The notes: generated from the letters alone by a model not told the origin. Positions 1 through 13,095 are shown, numbered from the whole stretch's first letter. The stretch is 63,712 nucleotides of DNA, filler included, from Reticulomyxa filosa (GCA_000512085.1; 21 parts of 21 records of this genome joined end to end with filler, not necessarily neighbours in it); one strand, 5' to 3'. Translations and numbers: made by a program.

Positions 1-476
1 AAAAAAAAAAAAAAAAATGATAAGAAATAACTTGGTCTTTTTTCGGTTGATTTTTGCTCATTAAGTCCCTTGGATTGCAGGTTTGGGTGGTATATTTTTT
101 GGTCATAAGGCTCACCGAAACATCCCTTCAAATAGTTCCATATCTCGTCGTACAACGCCTCCGTCGTCTTGTCCTTTTTTTTCGTCTCTTCCAACAGTCG
201 CATAAAATGCAATTCATTGCGCTTCATCAACTCGTAAAGTCTACCGTAACCGATACCCTTTTGACGGATCTCATTGTGAAGTTGCTGCATCTCTTGAAAC
301 ACGTTTTTCTCGGTTTTCGCGTCGCATGATTCAATTGCTGAGTTCAAGTTAAGTAGTTGATAATAATAATACTCTTCACTTCCTGCCACTAACTCTTTCA
401 CCAACTCTTTGCGATTATCACTGAAGACATAACGCTCCAGAAACCCAATTGGAGAAACTTGCGTGTCAATGTTCAT
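1..476 (-). CDS. N-terminal exon of a large AbpF-like / bacterial-type uncharacterised protein (partial)
   Basis: Not in the ORF track because it has no stop before the window edge. Manual translation from ATG 476 gives MNIDTQVSPIGFLERYVFSDNRKELVKELVAGSEEYYYYQLL...; a probable GT donor lies near position 31. Confidence 0.6.
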   Translation of the reverse strand, partial: MNIDTQVSPIGFLERYVFSDNRKELVKELVAGSEEYYYYQLLNLNSAIESCDAKTEKNVFQEMQQLHNEIRQKGIGYGRLYELMKRNELHFMRLLEETKKKDKTTEALYDEIWNYLKGCFGEPYDQKIYHPNLQSKGLNEQKSTEKRPSYFLSFFFFF

Positions 477-999
477 CCTTTGTCAACTCCTCTGTGTTTC
501 TTGCTAAAAAAAAAACTTGTCGTTTTAGCACGGCCTTCGAACAAAACGACCAAAACAATTTAAAGATATTTTCTCTTTTCATTCTATTAACAGGATACAC
601 AACTTATCCCAATGTCATGTAATATCTGCTTGGAATTAATAAAGATTGTTTGTGTTGCATTACTTTGATTGCAATGAAATAATGTTATAAGTACAGGAAT
701 AAACGATACGTGAACGTTTATTTATTTTCTTCTTTCTTAAAGGATTACTTTGATAATATCAAAACAACAAGTGTTTTTATTTAAAACAGATTTAATTTTA
801 AGCTAACCTTGATTTATTTTTGGAAAAGGAATAAATATATTTCATAACAAATTCTTGTCGACTATAATCATGCCACTGTAATCCATTATTAAAAATTCAT
901 AATTTGTGTTTTCCTAGTCAAGTTACACACTTCAAAGGAGAACCTTTTTTCATGTGTGTCACTTTTTTAAAAAACATAAACTATTTCAATATTAACAAC

Positions 1000-1317
1000 A
1001 TGAGCAATCAAGACTTTCAAACTTTGAAGGAGTTGCTCACTCCACTTTGGTATTCTCAATGTGTGCTACACAAACATAAGCTCCTCATTTGTGGAGGTAA
1101 AGACGAAAGAGCATTGTTATTCTTATCATACACTCAAAAACGAATACAAGTTTATCTGTGAGTTTCTAAGTGATGTTACATTATGGGTACACTGTGTACG
1201 AAACTGGTAGATGACAACAACAATCAAATCACCTTGTTGTCCTTTGGTGGATTATATGAACATAAATTGGTAATGAAATATGTTAGTGTTTGGAGTAATA
1301 CAGTAGATTGCAAAAAA
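1000..1317 (+). pseudogene. Frameshifted Kelch/beta-propeller family fragment
   Basis: MSNQDFQTLKELLTPLWYSQCVLHKHKLLICGG...(C)YSYHTLKNEYKFICE...ITLLSFGG is split over different frames. Confidence 0.65.
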
Positions 1318-1417
1318 NNNNNNNNNNNNNNNNNNNNNNNNNNNNNNNNNNNNNNNNNNNNTTAATTAATTAANNNNNNNNNNNNNNNNNNNNNNNNNNN
1401 NNNNNNNNNNNNNNNNN
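1318..1417. other. Artificial contig linker (N44-TTAATTAATTAA-N44), first of 20 copies
   Basis: Identical 100-bp spacer with stops in all six frames at 1318, 3543, 6535, 7714, 9157, 11086, 13180, 15852, 17030, 24986, 27019, 29799, 36471, 38221, 39343, 41525, 50991, 54497, 58093 and 59867. Confidence 0.98.
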
Positions 1418-1439
1418 TTGGTGCTTTTTTTTTGTTCAG

Positions 1440-3531
1440 CTTATTCTAATTTTTTTTTATTTGATTATTGGAAATGAGCAACGATCGAGGCATTCTTAAA
1501 AATACATGAGTAGTGTACTTTGATTTGTTACAGGTTATTAGTTATCCAGTGTGCAGAAACTTCGGTGACAGAAACAATAAACCCAATTGTAATCAAACAA
1601 ATAACTCGAACATAGAGTGCATGTTTTTTGGATGATACGACGCCGGATACGTAATTATCGATTTCAGAGTACGACCACAGATAATAAACACGAGCAAATA
1701 TAAAAGCAAAAATAAGCAAAAGGCCCCAGAGCCAAGAGCCAACATTGGAAATAACTACTGAAGTATGGAGACCTCTGGAATATAACGACGCTATTGCAAA
1801 CTTTACTCCAATTGCCAACCATGCCAATATTTCTCCACGGAATATCGACACTTGTCTCTGGATCATAAAAAAAAAGATGTAAACATTATAGATTCTTCAC
1901 ATCACCAAAAAAAAAAAAAAGTGTAAAATGTACCTCTCGTATTTTAGGAAAAAAATAGTCTCCACACAACAAGATAAATTGGTACACGACAAAGCCAGCA
2001 TACACTGACCAAGCGGAGCTCAAACCAATTTGATTCCGTCGATAGAGCGCAAACAGACACGGATAAGTCGCCATCAAAGAGAGTTGTGTAACAAGTATTT
2101 GATGTGTCTTGATATCGAAACGGTCCCCATCTTCGAAATAGAAATGGTCGGATAGCTGCTTCACAAAATACACTCCAATCCACATCACCAACACACCTCG
2201 AATGAGAAGCAGCACCACGAGGATATACAAAAACACGGTCCATCCGAAATGAAACTTGGTACTAGCCACCCCAACCAATATCATCGACTGCACCGTCCAA
2301 AACAAGGCTACGCCAATGGCCCGAGACAGCGCATACATTAAGTACGCTCGTTTTGTTTGTTCTTTATTAACTTGTTGAATGAACCACATTCGACCCACGC
2401 TTTCGCTGATCACGACCATCACCCACAAAAAGCTCCACATCAGCACTATCTCCACTTTCGTATCGTGTATTAGTTGTACTAAAATTGTAACGAATAATGC
2501 CAGTGCAGCTGCAATTACTTTTTTTTTTTTTATACGTCACATTTTAATTTTTGTCCATATAAATAAACAAATAAATTTATTTGTTTTTGTTAATATATAA
2601 AATAAAACTCTCAACTGACAGACAACCAAAGCAATTTGGCAGTAATTTTGTATCCAATCATGGTAGATTGCAAACTCAAATAAAGAAAGACTCCAAATCC
2701 ATACCACATGAAGGGTTGAATGATTGCTTGAACGCTTGAATAGGCAAAATTTTGGATGAAGTGCAATGGCACGATCATCAAGCAAGCTGGCCACGACATT
2801 TGCCAAACCTCTTGGATAAAGCATTTGCTGGTGCGTTCCCATACTTCTTTCCGCGTCAACACCACCTCCGGCTGCCACAACTCTTCAATTTCAATATCGA
2901 ACATAGGCTTGGACGTGATCATATCCAGGTCATTCTCTTCGCTATCCGACGTGATCGCTTTTTTGCTATTGAACAACCCGGCGTCTTGTGTGTGCGTCTG
3001 CGTTTGCGTGTGTGTATAGTGGTGCTGCGAGTTGCGCTTCAAGTGGATCTCTTGCACTTCCTCATTTTCATTACGACTTCCCGTTGTGTTGGTACGCTTG
3101 GCCTCGGCAAAATCGGGGCTCGCAAATTTCGGAAATTCCAAAATCGCCGGGTTGCTCGACCCTTGGTACAAATGTGAGGTTGTCGTCTCATTGTTCTCGT
3201 CGTCGCCATCTAATAAATCATCTTGATCGCCTGGGTTCGATTGATGCGTTTTTGCGTCGGCATAATTCACAGAATCTGTTTTTTTTTTTTTTTTTTAATT
3301 GTAAAGACTTTCTCTTTTTGTTGTATACATATATATGCATATACATATATATATATATTTTATACCCATGCCATCACTATATGATACTTCTTTTTCATTG
3401 GCAGTAGTATTGCGACTTTCTGGGATTTCATCTTCGTCGCCATTGTCAATTGCTGTTTGCGTTTTCTCAGCATCAACTGCAAACGACACCACTTTTCTTA
3501 TTGGTGTCGCTTCGGGAATTGCGCTGTTCAT
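1440..3531 (-). CDS. Multi-exon polytopic membrane protein with hydrophilic N-terminus
   Basis: Minus-strand ORFs 3295-3531, 2611-3270, 1886-2455 and 1528-1866 are joined by GT-AG introns (e.g. 3276-3365 keeps frame) and contain many hydrophobic helices. Confidence 0.7.
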
Positions 3532-3685
3532 TCTTTTTTTTTNNNNNNNNNNNNNNNNNNNNNNNNNNNNNNNNNNNNNNNNNNNNTTAATTAATTAANN
3601 NNNNNNNNNNNNNNNNNNNNNNNNNNNNNNNNNNNNNNNNNNTCTCTCTCTCTTTCAAACGTTAAAAATAAATAAATAATAATAG

Positions 3686-5431
3686 AACAATGCACCAATG
3701 AACAATTGATAAAAATATGCGATAATCTACGTGGCATCAGTTATCATCGTCGCGATAAAGTTGTGACAGAAGGCGAAAGAGTAACATTTTTTCAAATTGT
3801 GGTCAGTGGTCAGGCAGAAGGATACAAATTTGACTCCAAAAAGTGTAAAGAAGTCAGAGTGTCGAAATACAATGGAAATGATCCGGAGTCAAGCTACTTT
3901 GGCGACAAAGAAATTGTCAATAATCTCACTCAAGAGTTGACAATCAAAGTGGCATCTCACTCTCTAAAGTGCTATGCGTTGCCTGCACATATATTCAAGC
4001 AAATTGTAAAGGAAATTGAAAAGACAGATGAATTGCAAGAGAAAAAAACTGAGTGCAAGGATGCCTCCGCTATTACTGCTGTCTCTCGTCTTGAAGTGCA
4101 AGGAGGAAAAGAAGAAGAAGAAGATGAAGAAGAAGAAGAAAAAGAAGAAAAAGAGAAAGAGGAAGAAGAAATAAAAGTAATGAATGATGAAACAGCCGAA
4201 AAAGACTTAGAACAAAGTGTACCCTGTAATTTTCGGAGTGGCTCCACACAATTGGATAAAAAGTTTAAAAATCTTGTGCAGTGCCCATTGACGGAGCTGA
4301 AACATATTGGAGTCTTGGGTGCCGGTGCATTTGGTGTTGTGTCCTTGGTTGAAGATCCGTCCACCCAAAAGACCTACTCTTTGAAAAAAATTCGAAAAAA
4401 CAAAGTTGTAGACACTGGGCAAGAAAGACATATTCAAAATGAGAGACGAATATTGGCATGCTTGGACAGCGATTTTTGTGTGCGATTGTATGGTACTTAC
4501 CAAGATATGCTTAATGTATATTTGTTAATGGAACCTATATTAGGAGGAGAGCTCTTTTACTTACTGCGCTTCAACAGAAGGTTTGAAGAGCCTGTTGCTC
4601 GTTTCTATGCCGGATGTGTGGTGTCCGCACTTGAGCATATTCATAGCAAAAACCTCATTTTCCGGGATCTCAAACCCGAAAATTTATTGTTAGCTCCCAA
4701 CGGATATTGTAAATTGGTAGACTTTGGCTTTGCTAAAGAACTGAACGAGTTAATCAAAAAACTTATTCTAATTTATATGCTTGTTTGTAATACTTGATGT
4801 TATTATTTGAATTGCACTTATCAAAAACAAAAGATCTTGTTCATTGTGCGGGACCCCAGAATACCTGCCACCAGAAACGATTCAATCATTACGTCAAGGA
4901 CATACAGTCGATTGGTGGGCTTTGGGTGTCTTTATTTACGAAATGTTATTCGGCTTGCCACCTTTTCGAGAAGATCTCCATGCTCAAGTGAAGATGTACG
5001 AAAAAATTTTAACTTCCCCGGTCGAGTTCCCTGTAAAGCCAAAAGTGTCTATGCAAGCACAACACATCATCGTATCTTTTTTGAAAAACAGCCGCATAAA
5101 CGTCTTGGATGTGGTGCAAATGGCTCAGCTAATGTAAAGCGACATACCTGGTTTCAAGTTGATCATTTTTTATTTTTTTTTTACTGTTACCCTGGGAAAG
5201 GGTATACATAAAAATTTGTACTGAAAATATTCCAACTTCGGTTTTAAATGATTGCAACAGAACCTAAACTGGACCAAAATGAAAAAACAACAATTGCGTG
5301 CTCCGTATATCCCTCGTATTGAAAACTGCAAAGATACCAGAAACTTTGAGCACTTTCACGAGGAGGGTCTCATTGAAGAGCTGTTGGATGATCCCACTGG
5401 TGAAATATATCGTTGGTGTGAAAATTTTTAA
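3686..5431 (+). CDS. cGMP-dependent protein kinase-like AGC kinase (cNMP-binding domain + kinase), 5' partial
   Basis: cNMP domain ([17 protein letters not shown]...YFGD), then [33 protein letters not shown] and an AGC tail (APYIP...DTRNFE...ENF*). Introns lie near 4750-4833 and 5158-5260, with a homopolymer frameshift near 5080. Confidence 0.88.
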
Positions 5432-6021
5432 CAAAAAATTGTGAATCCTTTACGATGAATGGCCATATTCTCCCTTCGACTTAATGAAATATACGCATTT
5501 ATATTGCTTTGTTTGCCCTTGTTGTCCTCCGGACAGACAGCACCAAAAAAAACAAAAAAAAAACAGCCTAGAAAATAAGTGAAAATGTGGTGAATAAATC
5601 CCATTCAGATCATGACTTCACTTCATTACTTTTTTTTTTTTTTGTTGTTGTTTGCCTGTCCTCCAGTGACTTCCCTCATTGTTATTTTGTTTGATATGTA
5701 GGTAGGTATATGTATTGTTTGTTTTTCTTTGTTGTCAGGTGTTGGGTCTCTTTTTGCTTGGTTGTGAAGAGTTTTAGTTTGTTTCCCTTTGTGACAAAGA
5801 TTGCAAAAATGAATTTCTTCCAATATAAACAAAAAGAAACACTGTGATTCAAAATTCGATATCTTGAACGGATAAATAGTTGTTTTTCTTTTTTTTTTTG
5901 AATATCACCGCAAAAACGCAAATAAAAGTAAGACCCAACAAAAAAGGGGTGGCATAACTTTTTGCTATGTACACATACTTTGAAACAATGTGAAACAAAA
6001 CAAAACAATTAGTTTTGAGTA

Positions 6022-6490
6022 TTAAGCATGCGGAGTTCTATCATCAGATTCAATTATCACCACAGGGTCCTCAAATAATGACACCATCTTATGAACTGAC
6101 TCCTCTTGGCTTGTTTGAGTTTGGATTTGATTATTCTCTTCTAATGCTGCACTAGTAGCCTTTACGAGTGCATGCAAAGTTTTGGAAAAACGGCCAGTGT
6201 CATGGAATTTTTCCTGAGTTTGGTGTCTCCGTATGACTTTTTTAAAGATTTCATACTCTTTTGTGTACATGAATCGACAGAAGGATTGTTTCAAAAGGTT
6301 CATTGTTTCAAATGCCGCACGGTCGAAGATAGACGCATTCAAAAACAATGGATTGACACCCCACTCGTCTTCCAAATCTATTTGTGTATTTTTATCAATA
6401 TTAGCAAATGCGGTTTTATTCATCCTTTGTTGCAAAGTTTTTTCACTGCTACTTTCGCCATAAACTTTGGTTAATATCTCTCGTTGAATT
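6022..6490 (-). CDS. RGS-domain protein, last exon
   Basis: ASIFDRAAFETMNLLKQSFCRFMYTKEY matches the RGS C-terminal helices (FD.A..E...L...SF.RF...Y). Confidence 0.7.
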
Positions 6491-6522
<32 letters not shown>

Positions 6523-6634
6523 CCCCCCCCCCCCNNNNNNNNNNNNNNNNNNNNNNNNNNNNNNNNNNNNNNNNNNNNTTAATTAATTAANNNNNNNNNN
6601 NNNNNNNNNNNNNNNNNNNNNNNNNNNNNNNNNN

Positions 6635-7314
6635 TGATGTTGTTGATGTTGTTGATGTTGTTGATGTTGATGCTGGTGTTGATGTTGCAATGAGTGAATA
6701 TCGAGGGACGGAGTCGGGGTATTGGGTTGGGCGAACATGTGCGAATACATGAGCGGATTGAGTGCTGGATTATTGATAGCAAGACTGGTGGACAAGTCAT
6801 GAGTCATATGCATCGACGGCAATTGTCCGGCGGCGGAAGCGAGCAAAAGAGAGGACGCGTTGTTGTTTGGGATGCCATCGGCGGCGTACGATACTCGTAT
6901 TTGCCTGCCATCGATGACTTTTTCCGGCTGGGCCACGGCAGCGGCAGCAGCTTGCGGCGTCTTGAACACGACAAAGCCATAGCCTTTGGAACTGCCCGTG
7001 GCTCTGTCGCGAATGATGACAGCCTCTTCCAACTCACCGTACTGAGAAAAGATCTTTTGTAACTTTTCGTCGGTCGTTTTGAATGACAACGAAGCCACAA
7101 ACAGTCTCCGCAGCTCAATGTTTACTCGATTCGTGTGTCCGATCAGTCCCACTCCCCCGCCGTTGTTAGCACTTGTCAGGCTGCTGTTGAATCCTGCGCC
7201 AATTCGGCTCGTGTTTCCTTTCATGTTGTTGTTGTTGTTGTTATTGTTGTTGACATTGATGCTATTCATATTGTTGCTATTACTCATATTATTCATGTTA
7301 TTTATGTTGTTAAG

Positions 7315-7349
<35 letters not shown>

Positions 7350-7660
7350 TATTATTATTATTATTATTGTTATTATTGTCATTGTTAGGGCTGTTAATGT
7401 TGTTCGCTACATTCATGCCGACATTGGTATTGGCATAGGTGTTAGCATTGGCATAGGTGTTGACATTGCTCACATTGTGCGTGGTGTCTATGAAATTCGA
7501 CAAAAATGTCTCGTTGTAAGCGTTTTGGCTCGCGTTGGTCGGCCCACTGCTCCCACGTGACTTCCGTCCCTTCCACGCCAAATCGGTGCGTATTTCGCGT
7601 CCGTCAATTGTTTGACGGCCTGCCGCAATGGCCGTCATGGCCTCTTCCGCTTTACTAAAG
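6635..7660 (-). CDS. RRM RNA-binding protein with poly-N/QH low-complexity tracts (partial)
   Basis: RNP2 RLFVASL and RNP1 KGYGFVVF; the end of a preceding RRM (IDGREIRTDLA) is also present. Confidence 0.9.
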
Positions 7661-7675
7661 CTGTGTATGTGATTT

Positions 7676-7713
<38 letters not shown>

Positions 7714-7858
7714 NNNNNNNNNNNNNNNNNNNNNNNNNNNNNNNNNNNNNNNNNNNNTTAATTAATTAANNNNNNNNNNNNNNNNNNNNNNNNNNNNNNN
7801 NNNNNNNNNNNNNAATGAAAAAAATGAAAAAAATGAAAAAAAAGAAACTTCAAAATAC

Positions 7859-8194
7859 TTGCACATCGGTGATATCAACAAGTTGATTCCACCACTTCAA
7901 ATTTATCAAAGTGTCGATGACTCTTTTCTTCGTCGACCAAATATATCAAAATCAGAACTGAAAGAGATGCAAAAGTTATTGCAAGCCCAACAACAACATA
8001 ATGTTACATACAAACAAAAAAAAAAGAATCCACCTCCTATGTCTATTCCGAATCCGGGATTTCGAACCAAAAGTCCAATCCGTGAGCTTGAACCTCCAAG
8101 AATCAATCCAGGCTCCAAAAAGGCAAAACGAAAACAACATAAAAACAAAAAAAAAGCACCCCTACGACACAAATTAGACAGAAGTACAAAATAG
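7859..8194 (+). CDS. C-terminal exon of hypothetical basic protein
   Basis: 111-aa open frame rich in K/P, at the start of a contig. Confidence 0.4.
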   Translation: MHIGDINKLIPPLQIYQSVDDSFLRRPNISKSELKEMQKLLQAQQQHNVTYKQKKKNPPPMSIPNPGFRTKSPIRELEPPRINPGSKKAKRKQHKNKKKAPLRHKLDRSTK

Positions 8195-8700
8195 TAACTA
8201 TTCACACAAATGCTTTTAAAAATAATATTTTCTTCCACTCCCCCCTCTCTCTCTCTCAATGCTTTGTTTTCTAGCTGTTGATGTTGCTAGTTGTTCTCAG
8301 TGATTTTATGAGCAATGCAACAGCATCACAACGATTGCAATGTTTATCAAAAATGTTCTTTTTTTTCTCTGAGAAAGTGGTATATTCTGACAATCCTCAG
8401 CGACTTTTTTGTATCACACCTGCACACAGGCTGTAAGATCGCGTAATCAATACAATCAAATCGAACGTGTAACAGCAGCACATTTTTTCTCTTCTGTAAA
8501 TTGAAATTTGTTATTAGTACACTGTGTTGTCACTCTCAATGCAAGCTTTTTTTTTGGGCCTTATGGATGTTTAAGTAGTTTAAATGTACCGACAAAGAAT
8601 TTAGGAAAGGAAAAAATAACATAAAGAAAATTTTTGGCTTTTTTTTCTCCAAGCGAACAAATTTATTGGATTTGCTTTTGGCTTGTGATTAATCCAAGTC

Positions 8701-9060
8701 ATGCTTAAAAAGTTATTTCCTCGTAAAGACGAAAAGGACACAGAAAATGACGGCTCAACACAGGACAAAGAAACAGAAGAAAACGAAAATAACGATAGCA
8801 ACGGAGAAGAAAAAGGCAATCAGACACAAGAGCAAGCAAATGAAGGAGGAAGAGGAGAAGAAGAAGAAGAAGAGCAAAGAGCAAACGTAGACAATGGCGG
8901 GGACGAGGAGCAAACAGACAGCAAGTCACAAGAGCAGTTACAAAAAAGGCATTCACACGCAGGACTGAATGTACCTGGATACCAAATGATGGGATCGACG
9001 GCGACAAATGATCGCATCCAACAATTAATGGAATGGCGCAGTGGTCCAAAAGACACGTTT
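8701..9060 (+). CDS. N-terminal exon of hypothetical acidic protein (partial)
   Basis: ATG at 8701, E/D-rich coding-like frame, probable GT donor near 9057. Confidence 0.55.
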
Positions 9061-9256
9061 TGTCCTTTTCATAACACAAACTAAATGGTCCTATAAAAAC
9101 CGACATTGCACAATTTTTGAGTGCAAAAAATGCACATAACATATATATATATATATNNNNNNNNNNNNNNNNNNNNNNNNNNNNNNNNNNNNNNNNNNNN
9201 TTAATTAATTAANNNNNNNNNNNNNNNNNNNNNNNNNNNNNNNNNNNNNNNNNNNN

Positions 9257-10754
9257 TGTTAGTGTTAGTGTTAGTGTTAGTGTTGGTATTGGTGTTAGCG
9301 CTGGTGTTTATGCTTTCCAACGTCGGATGTGTTGAGTCCGTTGTCGTATTCGTCTTCTCTTCCTTGCTGTCATTGGAGTGACTTGTATCCGAAACAGTCA
9401 CAACGGCTATCGTCTCCGGCATTTTCTCGTCGATACTGGGCAGTGGCGAGGATGCTGGCGTATTGCCCGTCGAAACGTCTTGTTGTTGTTGTTGTTGTTG
9501 GACCAAGTCCTCCAACAAGTCGTACAGTTGCCTGTGATTGGTTTCGTCATTCGATGACAGTTTGTCTTCCAACTTGTTGCGCGCTTGTTTGAGCTTTGTG
9601 TCATTCACGTCTTCCAGCGCTTGCTTTTGCGCCACACCAATTTGGATACTCTGGTGAAATACCTTGTGAGCGAGCGATGCTTCGTAACCCTATGCCAAAT
9701 TTGTGTGTATTTGTTATGTGTGATCGGAGGACAGTCACAGACCACGGTATTGAAGATAGATATAAAGGTATAAGAAACGTTTCATAGCATAAAAAAAATT
9801 GTTAATTTGTTAATTGCAATTTGAAAGTGATAATGCAAGGTGGTGCCATATAGCATACCACGTGGAAGAAGGTTTCAAATCCGGAAAAGCATGCGCACAA
9901 GCTCAGTATCAGATCGTAGCGATAACGATTAATCACCGAGTTCAGCACTTTGCAGTGATCAAATCGTGCCAACTCATATTCCCTTCGATTTGCATGTAAC
10001 TTGGTTTTCATCTCATCGTATCCTGGATGCTCTGTCAGTTTTGAACTCATCTTGACTGTTCATTTTTTTTTTTTTTTTTTTTTTTTTAATAGTGATACAA
10101 TTCAGGACAATCAATAAAAATAAAAATAAAACATAACATAAAAAGTTTTTTTTGTCGTTGCTGGATCTGGTGGATGTTGTGGAGTAAGTAGTAATTGTTT
10201 CAATGTCAATTCATGTTGTGAGTTCAAGCTCTTCAATGCTTTGGACGAAGCGTTTACCTCAGCCAAATGATGTTGTGAAAACTCACGAAATGGTTTTACC
10301 AACACAGCCTTCATCTGGGAAGGGAAGAAGGAAAACAACAGTTGAATATACAAAAAAAGATATAGAGATAGAGATGGTCGCACAAAGTAAACAAAACTGT
10401 GACAGCCAGTTGACGCGATGCAGCAGACATGTGAGCAAACTGTTCTCCCAACTCGTTCATTTGTGCGTTCAGCGACAAAATATCCATGGCGTACTCATTT
10501 TCCACGTCCTCCCATGACTTCTTCACTGCATTATATATGTTCGCACAATGGTCACTAAACTGATTGCAAACACCACAAAAGTCTAATGTCAAATCGCACA
10601 TGTGATTCAGTCGTTTCGCAAGCCGCTTGATACGCCTTTCGCAGTCAATCATTTGTTTCCACCAGAATGGTGAATCCTTTTCAAACAAACACACACAAAA
10701 AAAATCCCTCGTTCTCTGTCTCTTTCGCGCTTGCATGTAACGGAGGGGTTTCTT

Positions 10755-10787
<33 letters not shown>

Positions 10788-10975
10788 GATATCGCAACCT
10801 CTGTGTAAGAAATAGCCTTTCGTGGTTTTCTTTGGATTTCATTGGCAATCTTGGACTTCACAATTAATACGCGTGACTGTCTACGACTTGGATCTCCGTC
10901 ATTTCGATCATCAGCCCCTTTTTTGCGTGAGCTTTCGCACAAGCCATTGGCACAAACAAACAAATGAAACAAGTT
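9257..10975 (-). CDS. BAR-domain protein (ACAP/centaurin/APPL-like BAR), multi-exon, partial
   Basis: Helical exons ...CERRIKRLAKRL..., ...LVKPFREF..., ...LHANRREYELARFDHCKVLNSV...RYDLILSLCACFSGFETFFH resemble BAR_3-type BAR domains. Confidence 0.6.
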
Positions 10976-11837
10976 CAATGGGTCGAAGAACATACAAAAA
11001 AAAAAAAATCATCCACCCCCCTCCCTTGTCTCCGCACCCCTTACCTTTTTGCTTCCCTCCAAGAAAAATATTTTTTTTTTTTTGGNNNNNNNNNNNNNNN
11101 NNNNNNNNNNNNNNNNNNNNNNNNNNNNNTTAATTAATTAANNNNNNNNNNNNNNNNNNNNNNNNNNNNNNNNNNNNNNNNNNNNACGATTGTCAACTTT
11201 TTTAAAGAAATTTTACCAAATCAAATGAATGATTAAAATTTTTGAAAAAATTAAAAAGACTTAATAAAAAACCAAAATGATATTTAAAAACTGCAAGACT
11301 CGTAGATATTTTTAAAAAATTTTGATTAAATGTTGTTTTTTCATGTAGAAACACAATCATCTCTATAAGGTGGCATTTTAGGTGTCAACTTTCTTTTTTA
11401 TCTTAATACTGTTAAGGTCTTGACCTACAGTGTTTAAAAAATTGACGACAGTTACAGCATTAATTATATAGAAAACATAATAAAACTATGATATTTTTTT
11501 GTTTCACAAAGGGATCAGATCCAGTTGAAGTGTTTATAACATATTATACAATATAATTATTAGACCAAATTTCAAATATTCATTTGCATCCTGAAACGGA
11601 GTTACTGATTTAAATGGGAATAAAATTGGAAAAATAAAGAATTGTAATTTGCGATATATTAGAATGATAAAAATACGTATTACAATTATGCTTTTATTGT
11701 TGATAAAGGTGTAAGATTTAAACAGTGGAATTGTTTTTTTTTTTTGGGCGACGAAAATTTGTCCAAATTTTTAAAAGAGCCGAATTTTCCTGCTAAAACG
11801 TGTACCGTTTATCTTTTCTTTACAAATCCAAAGAAAA

Positions 11838-13095
11838 ATGGAGCTTCAGTCAACAAAAACAAAATATGAACCTTTAATCGAGGTGGCATTGAATGAAAAT
11901 GGTAGTCCAAAAGAAGAAGAGTCAGTACTTTCCAAAGACAATCTTTCGCAAAGCGTGTCTGCTCAAGAGACAGCCTCAGCCCGAAAGCAAACAGACGGTA
12001 AAGACAAAGGCCATGCAAGGGGAATGAACGCGCAGGAACAAGAGCTATGGAATATTGCCAGAAACATGTCTTCAGCACAAAAAAAAGTGACCATGTTGCG
12101 ATTGTTGGAGCAAGCACGTCCTGAACGAGGAATTTTATATCTGGGCATTTTCTTGACGTTTGTGGGAGCAGGGGTTTATTTAGGAACACCTGGTATCATT
12201 AATTTTTTTTGTGTGTGTGTTTGCATCCACCTCATTTAAGAAGACCAATGACAAAAAAAAAAATTTATGCGAGTAGTTAAATTTTCCAAAAAAAAAATTG
12301 ATTGGTTGACTGAACATAAAAAAAAAAAAAAAAAAATTGAAGTAATGATGGGAGCAATAATTGACAGCATATCTCAAGGCACAGATGACGTGAACACAGG
12401 AAGCTTGGACCCACCAGTTCGCGCGCTATGCAATATGAGTGTGATTGGGTGTAAAACGCCGACAAAGATGCTGGAGACAGCAGTGTTGACGCTGTTAGTG
12501 ATAAGCATCGTCGGAGGCGTGTGCAGCTTTGGGAAGTGGGTGTGTATGGAAATGGCAGGGGAGCGAGTGGTTGCACGTTTGCGTAAGCAGCTGTTTTGCG
12601 CAATTTTATCGCAAGAAGTGGCCATGTTCGATACCACCAAAACGGGCGAATTGGTTAGTCGTATTTCCACAGACACTACCGTGTTAAAAACGGCTTGCAC
12701 AACGCAAGTCGCACAAGCGTTGCAAAGGTATGTTTGTTTGTTTGTTTGTTTGTTTGTTTTTTTTGATCAGATCAAATTGGACATTGGAATATTCATTTTA
12801 CATACATTTACTACAAAGCTTGGTTCAAGTGATATTGTCGATACTTTACGTGTTCTATTTGTCTTGGAGCTTGACGCTGGTGATGCTATCGATCGTACCG
12901 GTAGTGGTGATCGTCGCCAAATGGTACGGTTTTTATTATCACAAGCTGTCTCGAATCAACCAAGACACTTTGGCACACGCCACAGATGTCGCCACCGAAT
13001 CGATCACCCTTATCCGCACCGTCAAAAGTTTCAGCAAAGAAGACGAGCAAGAAAAAATCTTCTTTGCCGCTATTGACGAAACTTACAAACAAGGT
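11838..13095 (+). CDS. ABCB-family half transporter (ABCB10/TAP-like), transmembrane domain, 3' partial
   Basis: AGERVVARLRKQLFCAILSQEVAMFDTTKTGELVSRISTDT and ATESITLIRTVKSFSKE are hallmark ABCB TMD motifs. Confidence 0.92.

Noticed and set aside
5070-5095. Programmed ribosomal frameshift in the kinase (also TBC ~46310)
   Set aside because: The shifts fall in T/A homopolymer runs and are more simply explained by homopolymer sequencing errors.
7079-7560. Poly-Leu/Ile 'membrane' ORFs
   Set aside because: Antisense reading of the (AAT)n poly-Asn tract in the RRM gene.
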